A stretch of DNA of 64,000 nucleotides from Prevotella sp. (GCA_017474925.1 JAFVGN010000002.1:41662-105661); one strand, 5' to 3'. Counted from the stretch's first letter, positions 37,936 through 48,452 are shown. Numbers and translations are program-made. Notes: generated from the letters alone by a model not told the origin.

Positions 37936-37995
37936 GCAGTTTCTGTGGTTTTGCTATCAGTAAATGGTATTCAACTTAGATATCAGGCAAGGAAC

Positions 37996-38715
37996 ATGAA
38001 TATTGCATTAATTATCGCTGGTGGAGCAGGAAACCGTATGGGTCAGGACATTCCCAAGCAGTTTATGCATGTGGACGGAGCTCCTATCATCATTCATACG
38101 ATGAAGGCTTTCGAACAGCATCCTGACATCGACGCGATAGCCGTTGTATGTCTGAAAGGGTGGGAGACAGTGTTGCAGTCGTATGCCAATCAGTTTAATA
38201 TCCGTAAGCTGAAATGGATATTCCCAGGTGGAGATACCGGCATGGAGTCTATTCACAATGGCATCTATGGGCTTCGTGACGAGGGATGTCAGGACGATGA
38301 TATGGTACTGATACACGATTCTGTGCGTCCGTTGTTGTCGCAGGAGATTATATCTTCGAATATAGCGACATGCAAGGCATACGGCTATGCAGTGACGGGT
38401 ATCCAGTGTCGTGAGGCCATATTGGAGAGTGAAGATGGCTTTACTACGAACAAAAGCATTCCTCGCGACAGACTCATTCGTACCCAGACCCCTCAAACCT
38501 TCAGGCTGAAGAATATCATAGCGGTTCATGAAGAAGCAAAGCAGAAAGGCATTGCCAATTCTGTTGCTTCCTGTACTTTGATTGCTGAACTGGGTCCAGA
38601 ACGTATGATGCATATCGTACCAGGTTCAGAGAAGAACATCAAGATTACTACTGTTGAGGACCTTGAAATCCTGAAGGCGCTGATGCATACCTCCAAAGAC
38701 ACATGGCTAAAATGA
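37996..38715 (+). CDS. IspD/TarI family cytidylyltransferase
   Basis: AGGAGNRMG..PKQF, IHDSVRP, QTPQ.F, NIKITT.EDL. Confidence 0.9.
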   Translation: MNIALIIAGGAGNRMGQDIPKQFMHVDGAPIIIHTMKAFEQHPDIDAIAVVCLKGWETVLQSYANQFNIRKLKWIFPGGDTGMESIHNGIYGLRDEGCQDDDMVLIHDSVRPLLSQEIISSNIATCKAYGYAVTGIQCREAILESEDGFTTNKSIPRDRLIRTQTPQTFRLKNIIAVHEEAKQKGIANSVASCTLIAELGPERMMHIVPGSEKNIKITTVEDLEILKALMHTSKDTWLK

Positions 38716-39731
38716 GTTCCTACAAAGAAGACATATTGCATATCTTTGACATGGATTTGCCTTTAGGAAAGCTTTCAGGGGCAAATATCCTGGTGACGGG
38801 TGCAACAGGTCTGATAGGTGGCTGTTTGGTCGAGGCACTGATGTTGAATCCTCGCAGGGATTATGCGGTTTATGCCTCTGGTCGTAATCAAGAGCGGGCG
38901 CAAGAGCGGTTTAAAAGTTTTGCCGATGACAAAGGGTTCCATTTTATCCAGCATGATGTACTTAAGCCTTTGCAAGGTGATGTCCGTTTCGATTATGTGT
39001 TCCATGCTGCCAGCAATGCCAGTCCAAATTTCTTTGCCAAGAAGCCCGTCGAGGTTATCAAGTCAAACATTGACGGTGTGGCGCATTTGATGGAATATGG
39101 TCTTGGTCACGGTATGAGGCGTTTTCTCTATGTGTCCTCAGGCGAGGTGTATGGCGAGGGCGACGGACGAGCTTTTACCGAGGACTATAGCGGCTATGTG
39201 GATTGTACAAAGTCACGTTCATGTTATCCTTCTTCCAAGCGTGCTGCTGAGACGTTGTGTGTGTCGTATGCAGCTGAATATGGCGCAGACGTAGTGATAG
39301 CCCGGCCTTGTCATATCTATGGACCATACTTTACGGAACAGGATAACCGTGTCTATGCGCAGTTTATTCGCAATGTACTATGTGGCGAGAATATCATCAT
39401 GAAGAGTACTGGAGAGCAGTTCCGTTCATGGTGCTATGTGGTTGATTGTGTATCGGCATTGCTGCATATCCTCTTGAAGGGTGAATCTGGTGAGGCTTAT
39501 AATATAGCAGATGCATCATCCAATATCAGTATCCGTGAATTGGCTGAGACCATTGCCAATATAGGAGGCTGCAAGGTCGTCATAGATGTTCCTGATGCTG
39601 AAGAGAAGAAAGGATATAATGTAGTGACAAAGTCTGTTTTTGATACAGGAAAAATCGCTAAACTCGGTTGGATGCCACGAACCACAATCGAAGAAGGAAT
39701 CAAGCATATCATTATTGAAAACTCGGACTAA
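38712..39731 (+). CDS. NAD-dependent epimerase/dehydratase/reductase (extended SDR), probable CDP-alditol pathway partner
   Basis: TGATGLIG, SSGEVYG, YPSSK; ATGA coupling to the cytidylyltransferase gene. Confidence 0.85.
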   Translation: MSSYKEDILHIFDMDLPLGKLSGANILVTGATGLIGGCLVEALMLNPRRDYAVYASGRNQERAQERFKSFADDKGFHFIQHDVLKPLQGDVRFDYVFHAASNASPNFFAKKPVEVIKSNIDGVAHLMEYGLGHGMRRFLYVSSGEVYGEGDGRAFTEDYSGYVDCTKSRSCYPSSKRAAETLCVSYAAEYGADVVIARPCHIYGPYFTEQDNRVYAQFIRNVLCGENIIMKSTGEQFRSWCYVVDCVSALLHILLKGESGEAYNIADASSNISIRELAETIANIGGCKVVIDVPDAEEKKGYNVVTKSVFDTGKIAKLGWMPRTTIEEGIKHIIIENSD

Positions 39732-39795
39732 GTGAGTATCGAACTGATACCAATAGGGTAAAAAGCCTTTTGCGAGTTTTAAATACAAACAGGAC

Positions 39796-40710
39796 ATGAT
39801 GAAGCCAGAAACAAAAATCATACAACTGCCGAAAATTGAAGACCCAAGGGGGAACTTGTCAATTATTGAGCAGATAAAACAAATACCTTTTGAGATACGG
39901 AGGGTGCATTGGATATATGATGTACCGGGAGGTTGCGACCGTGGTGGGCATGCGTACAGAGAGACGCAAGAGTTCATTGTGGCTTTATCGGGAAGTTTCG
40001 ATGTGATAGTTGATGACGGAACAAAGAAGAAAACGTATCCGTTGAACCGCTCTTATTTCGGCTTGTACGTTCCCAATGGAATGTGGCGTACCATGACAAA
40101 TTTCTCCACCAATTCCTTGGCTTTGGTTCTTTCATCTACGGAATATGACGAGAATGACTATGTAACGGATTATGCCGAATATCAGGAGTGGCGCAAGAAT
40201 CCGTCTATGATACCTCATTCGCCAGTTGATATAACCTCTGTTCGGATGAACGAACCAGTCAACAGGCAGTTGCTGGCTAATGGTAAAAGTGTGTCTGACT
40301 GCTCTTTGTGCGAACTCAATAAGATGCACGATCCGGAAGGTAATCTTACATATATGTATGAAAATGTTCATGTACCGTTTCCAATCAATCGTGTCTTTTA
40401 TTTTTATGATATTCCGAGTGGCGAGAATCGTGGGGCTCATGCCCACAAGAAGTGCCATCAGTTCATGATTGCTGCCAGTGGTAGTTTCGAGGTTGTATTA
40501 GATGATGGCATGAATAAACGGAGTGTTTTGCTGAACCGTCCTTTCTGGGGTCTTCACGTACCTCCTGGTATATGGGCATCCGAACAGGGTTTTTCATCTG
40601 GCAGTATCTGTCTTGTACTGGCGTCAGAGGGTTATGATGAGGATGACTATATCCGTAGCTACGAAGATTTCTTAAATTACATAAAGTTAGAAAAGAAAGG
40701 CTGCGATTGA
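39796..40710 (+). CDS. Tandem two-domain FdtA/QdtA-type dTDP-sugar 3,4-ketoisomerase
   Basis: Two cupin repeats: D.RGNL..RGGHAY..LVLSS..YDE.DY and D.EGNL..RGAHAH..LVLAS..YDE.DY. Confidence 0.9.
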   Translation: MMKPETKIIQLPKIEDPRGNLSIIEQIKQIPFEIRRVHWIYDVPGGCDRGGHAYRETQEFIVALSGSFDVIVDDGTKKKTYPLNRSYFGLYVPNGMWRTMTNFSTNSLALVLSSTEYDENDYVTDYAEYQEWRKNPSMIPHSPVDITSVRMNEPVNRQLLANGKSVSDCSLCELNKMHDPEGNLTYMYENVHVPFPINRVFYFYDIPSGENRGAHAHKKCHQFMIAASGSFEVVLDDGMNKRSVLLNRPFWGLHVPPGIWASEQGFSSGSICLVLASEGYDEDDYIRSYEDFLNYIKLEKKGCD

Positions 40711-40724
40711 GCGAAAACAGGCTT

Positions 40725-40804
40725 TAGCCATACTCTAGCCATACTCTAAGCTGCTTCTAGCCATACTCAAAGGGTATGGGTAGAGTATGGCTAGAGTGAG
40801 AGTA
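40725..40804. repeat. 11-bp-period tandem repeat arranged as a palindrome
   Basis: TAGCCATACTC at 40725, 40736 and 40758; inverted GGGTATGGGTA at 40772 and GAGTATGGCTA at 40783. Confidence 0.85.
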
Positions 40805-40908
40805 AAGTGTGACATCAGTATGGGAGTACGCATTTAATCATTTATTGTATAATTTGCATAGTTGGTAGTAAGAAAGTTCTTACTGTATTGCATATAGTTA
40901 GAAAAGAA

Positions 40909-42009
40909 ATGATAAAACTATTGGATTTGCAGGCAATTACCCTGATGCATGGTGATGAAATTAAGTCCGCCGTCAATCGTGTTATTGAGTCCGGATGGTT
41001 TCTGCAAGGAAATGAGAATAGGCATTTTGAGACAGACTATGCGCGATATATAGGTACCAGCCACTGTGTAGCAGTTGCTAATGGGTTGGATGCCCTGAAA
41101 CTCATCTTGCGAGGCTATAAAGAAATGGGAATCATGAGGGATGGTGATGAAATCATCGTGCCAGCCAATACTTATATAGCCACGATATTGGCTATTACAG
41201 ACAATCACCTGGTTCCAGTACTTGTCGAGCCGACTTTCAGTCATTTGGAAATAGATGCTGACAGGATAGAGGAGAAGATAACCCCAAGAACAAAAGGTAT
41301 CATGATAGTCCATCTTTATGGACGTATAGCCTATGATGACAAAATCGGTAATATTTGTCGGAAATATGGCTTGAAACTGATGGAAGATTGCGCCCAAAGT
41401 CACGGCTGTGCCTGGAAAGGAAAGAAGACCGGTTCAATAGGCGATGCTGCAGCTCATAGCTTTTACCCTGGAAAGAACCTTGGGGCTTTGGGTGATGCTG
41501 GTGCTGTTACTACGGACGATGCTGAGCTGGCTAATGTTATCCGTGCATTAGCCAACTATGGCAGTCAGCGGAAGAATGTCTTTAAGTATGTCGGCATGAA
41601 CAGCAGGATGTCAGAAGTTGATGCAGCCGTATTAGATGTCAAATTGAAGTATTTGGACGAAGATAATAAGAAACGTCAGCAGTTAGCTGATTTCTATTAT
41701 GCCAATATTTGCAATTCAATCATTACATTGCCTAAACGTATAGATGATGAGAACAATGTATATCATCAATTCCCTATTTTTTGTGAACGTCGTGATGAGT
41801 TGCAGGAATACCTGAAGGAGAACGGAGTGCAGACGCTGATACATTATCCTATTCCTCCACATAAGCAAGAGTGCTATAAGGTGTGGAATGACCATACCTA
41901 TCCTGTCACCGAGAAAATCCACGAACAAGAGCTTTCGATTCCGATGAACCAGGTGGTGACAACGGACCAGGCTCTGGAAGTAGTCAGGCTACTGAATTCA
42001 TTTAAGTAA
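40909..42009 (+). CDS. DegT/DnrJ aminotransferase, FdtB/QdtB-like
   Basis: [40 protein letters not shown]; adjacent to the fdtA-like gene. Confidence 0.92.
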   Translation: MIKLLDLQAITLMHGDEIKSAVNRVIESGWFLQGNENRHFETDYARYIGTSHCVAVANGLDALKLILRGYKEMGIMRDGDEIIVPANTYIATILAITDNHLVPVLVEPTFSHLEIDADRIEEKITPRTKGIMIVHLYGRIAYDDKIGNICRKYGLKLMEDCAQSHGCAWKGKKTGSIGDAAAHSFYPGKNLGALGDAGAVTTDDAELANVIRALANYGSQRKNVFKYVGMNSRMSEVDAAVLDVKLKYLDEDNKKRQQLADFYYANICNSIITLPKRIDDENNVYHQFPIFCERRDELQEYLKENGVQTLIHYPIPPHKQECYKVWNDHTYPVTEKIHEQELSIPMNQVVTTDQALEVVRLLNSFK

Positions 42010-42073
42010 TATGGTGAACTTCTGTACGTTATTTGTCACTTATAAAAGTACATAATTCATAGTTTTAAGGGTT

Positions 42074-43432
42074 TTGCATATTCTTGACAGCATATCATCA
42101 CGGTTTCTGGATTCATCAGAGCGTTCGCGCGAGGCTTTGGTGAATATATTGATGTCCCTGATATCCAAGGCAGTTTCCGTCCTGTCGTCGCTGCTGATAG
42201 TGCCACTGACCATCAGCTATGTCAATCCGACTCAGTATGGCATCTGGCTGGCCCTGTCGTCCGTCATTGCGTGGATAGGCTTCTTTGACCTAGGGTTGGG
42301 TAACGGTTTCCGCAATCGGTATACCGAGGCCAAGGCACAGGGCGACATGGCACTGGTCTGTCAGTATGTCAGCACGACATTCTTTGCCGTGGGAACTATC
42401 GTGACCTTGGTCTTTGTGGCCATTCTTGCCGCCAATTCATTTATCAATTGGTCGGATGTGCTAAACATTGGGCAGTCCTACAGCCTCGAATTGGGAAAGA
42501 TATTTGTCATCCTGGCTGCCTTCTTCTGCCTGAGCATGGTGGCCCGGCTGTCCGGTACACTGCTGACAGCTGACCAAAAGGTGGGCGTGGCTTCGCTGGT
42601 TGAGGGTGGAGGCCAGTTGGCATCGCTTGTGGCCATCTATGTGCTGACGAAGACTACCACGGGCAGCCTGACTCATCTGGCACTTTATTTTGCCGGTGTG
42701 CCGTGTCTTGTGTGGGTGGTGTTCTCGGTGGTGCTGTTCCTCCTGCCAGCCTATCGTGACCTGACACCCCGCCCTTCTCAGGTGAAGCTCCGGCTCATCC
42801 GCGACATCCTCGGCTTGGGCATGCAGTTCTTCGTCATTTACCTGTGCTTGATTGTGATTTTTCAGATGCTCAACATCGTCATCTCGCGCGAGTTAGGTCC
42901 CGATGCCGTCACCGAGTACAACATCGCCTACAAATACTTCAACGTGCTGAACAACGTGGTCATCATCATCCTGTCGCCATTCTGGTCGGCCTTCACCGAT
43001 GCCTATGCCAAGCGCGATTACCCATGGATGAAGCGTACCGTAAGGAGTTTGGAGCGTCTATGGGCTTTTACCAGTGTGGGCTGTCTGGTGATGTTTGCCC
43101 TCTCGCAGCCCTTCTACCGCCTTTGGGTAGGCTCTGACGTGACCGTCGCCACGTCCCTGTCGCTGGCTGTTGCCGTCTACTTCATCGTAAGCAACCTGGG
43201 CAATACCTATATGTACGTCATCAACGGTATTGGCACTATCCGCCTTCAGTTGCTGACCTACGTGGCTTTTGCACTGGTGGCATGGCCTTTCATGCTGTGG
43301 GCAGGTAGCAATTTCGGTATTGTTGGCATCATCATGGTTCCCTCGGTGGCCATGTTGTTGCAGGCGCTCATTGGTAAAATCCAACTTTCCAAACTGTTGA
43401 ATAAAACTGCCCACGGGATGTGGACCCAATAA
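42074..43432 (+). CDS. wzx: Oligosaccharide flippase
   Basis: About 12 TMs; YGIW..LSS...FFDLGLGNG.RN. Confidence 0.85.
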   Translation: MHILDSISSRFLDSSERSREALVNILMSLISKAVSVLSSLLIVPLTISYVNPTQYGIWLALSSVIAWIGFFDLGLGNGFRNRYTEAKAQGDMALVCQYVSTTFFAVGTIVTLVFVAILAANSFINWSDVLNIGQSYSLELGKIFVILAAFFCLSMVARLSGTLLTADQKVGVASLVEGGGQLASLVAIYVLTKTTTGSLTHLALYFAGVPCLVWVVFSVVLFLLPAYRDLTPRPSQVKLRLIRDILGLGMQFFVIYLCLIVIFQMLNIVISRELGPDAVTEYNIAYKYFNVLNNVVIIILSPFWSAFTDAYAKRDYPWMKRTVRSLERLWAFTSVGCLVMFALSQPFYRLWVGSDVTVATSLSLAVAVYFIVSNLGNTYMYVINGIGTIRLQLLTYVAFALVAWPFMLWAGSNFGIVGIIMVPSVAMLLQALIGKIQLSKLLNKTAHGMWTQ

Positions 43433-43433
43433 A

Positions 43434-44762
43434 ATGATGATAGCTGTTTATCTAGCGTTATTCCTGGTCACGGTTGTCCTTTATATGAGGAAGCAGTATC
43501 TTCCGTTTCTTTTTTGCTATTTCGGCTTGATGACCAAGTTGTTCATGCTGGACACTTCGGAGGAAATCAGCATTAAGGGCGAAGACCTCTGCATTGTGGC
43601 TAACTTACTGCTGCTGCCTGTGGTCTGGAAGCGGGACCGCAAGATGTTTGCATGGCGGGATGACAGCATTAGCAAGTGGATATACATCTACATGCTCTTC
43701 TACGTGGCCGAATACTTGGTCACCACAGCCTTGGGTTGGGAGAGCCCGCTGAACGGCTTGAAGGTCATTAGGGTTTCATTCCTGATGTGGGGCTATTTTA
43801 TTTTCCGCTGTATACCCTTTGGGATTTTCGAGCAGTTCATAGCCGTAGCTCTCAGAATCACCTTGCTACAGGCATTCCTCTATTTCCTGCAGTTTGTTGG
43901 AATCAACCTTCTTGCCGACAACTCGCTTGACTCAGAGAGGACGGAAGAGGCCAATCTGAATTTTGCCTGGAACATACCTACACTGACCTTGTTCTACTTG
44001 TATTTTACATTGAAGTCCGATTTTGCTCAGCGAGTTAAGGTCGTATTGGTACTGATCTTCTTTGCTTTGATTTTTCTCACGTTCATTCGCGGAATGATTA
44101 TTTCCGTTATAGTGGGTTTGGCCTACTATATCTTCAAGCAGGGCGACAAACGGAAGATGGTGCCGACTATGGTCGGTTTCCTCGTTGTTGTGTTGTTGGC
44201 ATTATCTGTAATGGGAAAGAAAACTGACCGCTCGACGCATGACACCATTACCGATCAGATGGTCGAGGTGTTCACCGACCCTGCAAGCCTGGCCGACAAC
44301 TACAGCGGCAGCGGCACGTTTACATTCCGTATGGCTATGCTGGTTGAGAGAGTGATTTATCTGGTGGAAAATCCCGAATACCTGTTGACAGGAGTCGGTA
44401 CCATGCATGAGGACTCTCCACAGACAGCGGCCCAATTTAACTTTTTAATAGGAACGATTAATGAAGACAAGGATGACGGCAAGTGTATCATCGAGAGTGG
44501 CGACATTACCTGGGTTCCTATTGTGCTGAGATATGGTATCATAGGTGTGATAATACATTTTATGATGTTTGTCATCATCATTCGCATGACTAGAAACCGC
44601 AAGGACTGGCTATTTGTCCTAGCTCCTTTGTATCTAGGTGGCATCATCAGATCCTTCGATGGTTCTTTCTTTGAAGACCCTATACAGTTGTACCTGCTAA
44701 CCTTGTTTTTGGCAATGATTTCATTAGCCCCGAAAGAAGTTTCAACCGACATTGCAGTATGA
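43434..44762 (+). CDS. wzy: Probable O-unit polymerase
   Basis: Polytopic membrane protein with LTFIRG, a large periplasmic loop, GVG and LRYGIIG; directly after wzx. Confidence 0.7.
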   Translation: MMIAVYLALFLVTVVLYMRKQYLPFLFCYFGLMTKLFMLDTSEEISIKGEDLCIVANLLLLPVVWKRDRKMFAWRDDSISKWIYIYMLFYVAEYLVTTALGWESPLNGLKVIRVSFLMWGYFIFRCIPFGIFEQFIAVALRITLLQAFLYFLQFVGINLLADNSLDSERTEEANLNFAWNIPTLTLFYLYFTLKSDFAQRVKVVLVLIFFALIFLTFIRGMIISVIVGLAYYIFKQGDKRKMVPTMVGFLVVVLLALSVMGKKTDRSTHDTITDQMVEVFTDPASLADNYSGSGTFTFRMAMLVERVIYLVENPEYLLTGVGTMHEDSPQTAAQFNFLIGTINEDKDDGKCIIESGDITWVPIVLRYGIIGVIIHFMMFVIIIRMTRNRKDWLFVLAPLYLGGIIRSFDGSFFEDPIQLYLLTLFLAMISLAPKEVSTDIAV

Positions 44763-45799
44763 AGGTTATCCACATAGAATCCGGATTAGGCAACCAAATG
44801 CTCTCCTATTGTGAGTATCTGGCCATGAAGCAGGCAAACCCCAGTGATGACTGCTACATTGAAAACGTCATTTATGACATACCGGAGTGCAATCAGGTTA
44901 TACGCCAATGGAATGGTTATGAGGTAGACCGCATTTTCGGGATAAATACCCCTAATGTACGCGATCTCTTCTCGGAATCGGAATGGCGGCAGATAGTGTC
45001 TGAAATTCGTGCTACACACTTTTGGGAGCGCAATTGGAACTATCCTGTCTGTTTTACCGAAGTATTTCGTCGCCATGAACTTGATTTGGTCAATACACTG
45101 GGTGACTTTGAAGCTCCTGGAGCTGCAAAACGCGTAGCAGCAATACCCTCCTATAAACTGACCCCGCTGTGGGCCTATCTGAAGTATTTCAAATCCAAAG
45201 TCATCGGTAGTCAGCCTCCTGAAGACGACAATAGTGGGAAGCTGTTTGTAAAAAGTGACAAACCTTTGTATGCTGGTCAGCTGTTGTTGTTCTACTATCA
45301 GAATTCAGGTATAGAACGAATAGAGAAAGAGATAAGAAACATGTTTGTATTCCCGCCTTTTGAGGGAAATGACAATAAGAATCTCAACGTGCTCCACCAG
45401 ATACAGCAGTCTAATTCCATCTCGCTCCATATTAGGCGAGGCGATGCGCTTTATTCCAGTTATGTCTATTATGTTACCGGTTATTTGAAAAGATCCATCA
45501 AATATTTAAAGCAACAGGTGGAACAACCTGTATTCTTTGTGTTTTGTGACCCCGATACCGTCGAATGGGCCAAGCATAATGAAAGGAAGCTGGGGCTCAG
45601 CCTGAAACAGGACCGAGTTCACTTTGTAGACTGGAATAAAGGAACTGACAGCTGGCGCGACATGCAATTGATGTCTGAATGTAAGCACAATGTCATTGTG
45701 AATAGTTCTTTTGGGTGGTGGGGTTCATGGCTCAACACGAATCCCGGCAAAATAACATGTTCACCGGAACTTAGGATAAACACGAATCATCACTTCTGA
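44759..45799 (+). CDS. GT11 alpha-1,2-fucosyltransferase-like protein
   Basis: GLGNQM, HIRRGD, DMQLMSEC, NSSFGWWG. Confidence 0.9.
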   Translation: MKVIHIESGLGNQMLSYCEYLAMKQANPSDDCYIENVIYDIPECNQVIRQWNGYEVDRIFGINTPNVRDLFSESEWRQIVSEIRATHFWERNWNYPVCFTEVFRRHELDLVNTLGDFEAPGAAKRVAAIPSYKLTPLWAYLKYFKSKVIGSQPPEDDNSGKLFVKSDKPLYAGQLLLFYYQNSGIERIEKEIRNMFVFPPFEGNDNKNLNVLHQIQQSNSISLHIRRGDALYSSYVYYVTGYLKRSIKYLKQQVEQPVFFVFCDPDTVEWAKHNERKLGLSLKQDRVHFVDWNKGTDSWRDMQLMSECKHNVIVNSSFGWWGSWLNTNPGKITCSPELRINTNHHF

Positions 45800-45808
45800 G
45801 AGTCCGAT

Positions 45809-46969
45809 ATGAATGTTTTCGTAATAGGTGGCTGTCATCATAATGCCCTTGGGGTTATCCGCTCTTTGGGCGAAAAAGGTATTAGACCTTACGTTGTGAT
45901 TCAGAGTGATGAAGAGAAACCCTATATCAGACTGAGTCGCTATATCAGCCAATATTGGATAGTGGCTTCTGAACAAGAAGTGCTGGCTATATTGAAAAAC
46001 GAGGCAGTACACTTTCATGGCGAGAAAGCCGTACTTATTACTTGTGCTGACAATTTGTCCAGCTTAGTGGATATGAATCATGATGAGTTGCGGCAATGGT
46101 ACTACCTACCTGGAACCGACGAACAAGGGCGCGTCACTAGACTGATGGACAAGGAAGTGATGTCGCAGCTGGGTAGAGAAACAAGGCTTTTAGTTCCCAT
46201 GTCTATAGCTTGCAGTGTGGAACAGGAAACAATAATCGACATTCCGCTGCCATGGATTGTAAAACCATTAGTCAGCAAGGATGGGGCTAAAACTGATATA
46301 GAACGCATCTATACTGCAGAACAATGGAAAAAATATAGTAAGATTCATCGGCTGGATGTTCTGGTACAGCAGCTTATCGACAAGGATTTTGAGTTTCAAC
46401 TGATAGGGCTTTCCCTAAGAGGTGGTGAGGATGTCATCATACCAGGTGTCAGTCATGTCATCCGTCCGTCTGCCACAACCAATACCGGCTTCTTGTATTA
46501 TACATCACTTGATAGTTCATTCCAAGAGGTTCTTGCTAGAAGCGAGGTTTTTCTCAGGAAAACAGGTTATTCTGGACTCTTTAGTATTGAGTTTCTCAGA
46601 GGTAAAGATGGTAAGGACTACTTCATGGAAATCAATTTCCGAAATGATGGGAATGCTATTTGTGTGACTGCTGCTGGGATCAACCTTCCGTACATGTGGT
46701 ACTTATATCATACTGATGGTGACTACAGGAGAGAACTGGCGGAAAGTCAGGTGAAGTCAGTTTATGTGATGCCAGAATTCGAAGACCTTAGTTTGGTGAT
46801 ACATAGACATCTTTCGCTATTTTCATGGATGAAAGATATTCTCCATACCTCTCGTTTTATGGAGTTTGACAGACATGACATGAAGCCTTTTTGGAGCCTT
46901 TTGGCAGTTTCCATAAACCGATGGTTAAAAAAACTTTTACATTGCTTGTCAACAAATGGCTATGAATAG
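45809..46969 (+). CDS. ATP-grasp carboxylate-amine ligase-like protein 1
   Basis: HHNALGVIRSLG, MDK, PWIVKP, VQQLI, GLFSIEF..YFMEINFRN. Confidence 0.82.
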   Translation: MNVFVIGGCHHNALGVIRSLGEKGIRPYVVIQSDEEKPYIRLSRYISQYWIVASEQEVLAILKNEAVHFHGEKAVLITCADNLSSLVDMNHDELRQWYYLPGTDEQGRVTRLMDKEVMSQLGRETRLLVPMSIACSVEQETIIDIPLPWIVKPLVSKDGAKTDIERIYTAEQWKKYSKIHRLDVLVQQLIDKDFEFQLIGLSLRGGEDVIIPGVSHVIRPSATTNTGFLYYTSLDSSFQEVLARSEVFLRKTGYSGLFSIEFLRGKDGKDYFMEINFRNDGNAICVTAAGINLPYMWYLYHTDGDYRRELAESQVKSVYVMPEFEDLSLVIHRHLSLFSWMKDILHTSRFMEFDRHDMKPFWSLLAVSINRWLKKLLHCLSTNGYE

Positions 46970-48452
46970 GAGTTGGATAGCCCATAATGCAGTTTTTTTA
47001 TGGACACTGGCTATTGCTATTGGAATAATCGTGTTCGGTGCGGCATATAGTAGCGTGTTGAGTAATATTTCCGATAAACTTATGAGCTGGGTGAGCCATA
47101 ATTTCGGTTGGTTCTACATCATGTCAGTGGTAACTTTTATAGGCTTCTGTTTATGGATATCTCTTAGCAAATATGGTAAGATAAAACTTGGGAAAGATAA
47201 TGAGGAACCTGAGTTCAGCACATTCTCATGGTATGCTATGCTGTTTTGTGGTAGTACAGGTATCGGATTGGTGTTTTGGAGCATAGCAGAGCCTTTGTCG
47301 CACTATGCAGCACCTCCTTTCGGTATAGAGGCAGGAACAATTAAGGCGATAGATTTCTCTATAAGAACCTGCTATCTTCACTGGGGCATTACCCAGTGGG
47401 TTTGTTTTGCAATAGTAGGTTTGGGTGTCGCTTATTTCCAGTTCTGCAAAGGCAAGAATGCTCAGTTGAGCAACCTGTTGTCACCTTTAGTGGGGGAAAA
47501 ACTGACCAACGGATGGTTCGGAAAGTTTATTGATGGTTTTTCTGTCGTAGTTTCTTTTGCGGGTGTTGCCACGTCTTTAGGATTAGGAGTGGCTCAGATA
47601 TGCGGTGGATTGAATTATCTTTTTAAGATACCTCAAACAGAGAATACTATTTTGACTATCATTATTTTGATAACGTTGGTGTTTGTCATAAGTGCCATAA
47701 CCGGTGTTTACAAAGGTATTAAACTCCTCTCTAATCTGAACACCTATTTGGCATTGACGCTACTCCTATTAGCATTTATTGTCGGTCCCAAGATTACTAT
47801 TCTTAACAACATGACCAACAGTGTAGGACAACATATCCAATATTTTTTTAAAGATGTGTTTATGATTAACGCCTTTGGGGATAACGAATGGGTGATGAAC
47901 TGGCGTGTCTTCTATTTCGCCTGGTTTGTGGCCTGGACTCCTTTCGTGGGGATGTTCGTGGCCCGAATATCCAAGGGACGAACTATAAGGGAATTTATTT
48001 TGGGTGTTGTGATAGTCCCAACCATATTTACAATTCTTTGGCTTTCCGTATTCAGCGCCATTGCATTGAGTACGGTTCAAGGTTGGAGCTTGGAGGCTGT
48101 CAGAGAATTGATAGCAAAACCTGAAACTGCAGTGTTTGTTGTTTTCAGTGAATATCCGTTGAACGAAGTTATATCGATTCTGATTATCGTATTGTTGGGA
48201 GTCTTCTTCATAACATCGGCAGACTCTGCGACCTATTCATTGAGCGTGATGACATCAAATGGTGATATCACACCACCTGTATATAAAAAGGTTGTGTGGG
48301 GAATTGTTGTAGCCACTATTGCCTATGTGCTATTGTCTGCGGGAAGCTTAAGGCCTTTACAAACTATCTCGATAGCAGCAACATTGCCATTTCTTGTTGT
48401 GATGATTGCCCTGATGCCTGCATTGGTCAAAGATTTAAGACAAAGTGTATGA
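46956..48452 (+). CDS. BCCT family (betaine/carnitine/choline) transporter
   Basis: FGWFY, PEFST.SW.AMLF..G.G..FWSIAEP, HWG, GVATSLG, W..FYFAWFVAWTPFVGMF.ARISKGRTIREF, FFITSADS. Confidence 0.95.
   Translation: MAMNRSWIAHNAVFLWTLAIAIGIIVFGAAYSSVLSNISDKLMSWVSHNFGWFYIMSVVTFIGFCLWISLSKYGKIKLGKDNEEPEFSTFSWYAMLFCGSTGIGLVFWSIAEPLSHYAAPPFGIEAGTIKAIDFSIRTCYLHWGITQWVCFAIVGLGVAYFQFCKGKNAQLSNLLSPLVGEKLTNGWFGKFIDGFSVVVSFAGVATSLGLGVAQICGGLNYLFKIPQTENTILTIIILITLVFVISAITGVYKGIKLLSNLNTYLALTLLLLAFIVGPKITILNNMTNSVGQHIQYFFKDVFMINAFGDNEWVMNWRVFYFAWFVAWTPFVGMFVARISKGRTIREFILGVVIVPTIFTILWLSVFSAIALSTVQGWSLEAVRELIAKPETAVFVVFSEYPLNEVISILIIVLLGVFFITSADSATYSLSVMTSNGDITPPVYKKVVWGIVVATIAYVLLSAGSLRPLQTISIAATLPFLVVMIALMPALVKDLRQSV

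Noticed and set aside
46956-48452. Classical lic phosphocholine pathway
   Set aside because: No choline kinase, LicC or LicD is recognisable; the cytidylyltransferase present is IspD/TarI-type.
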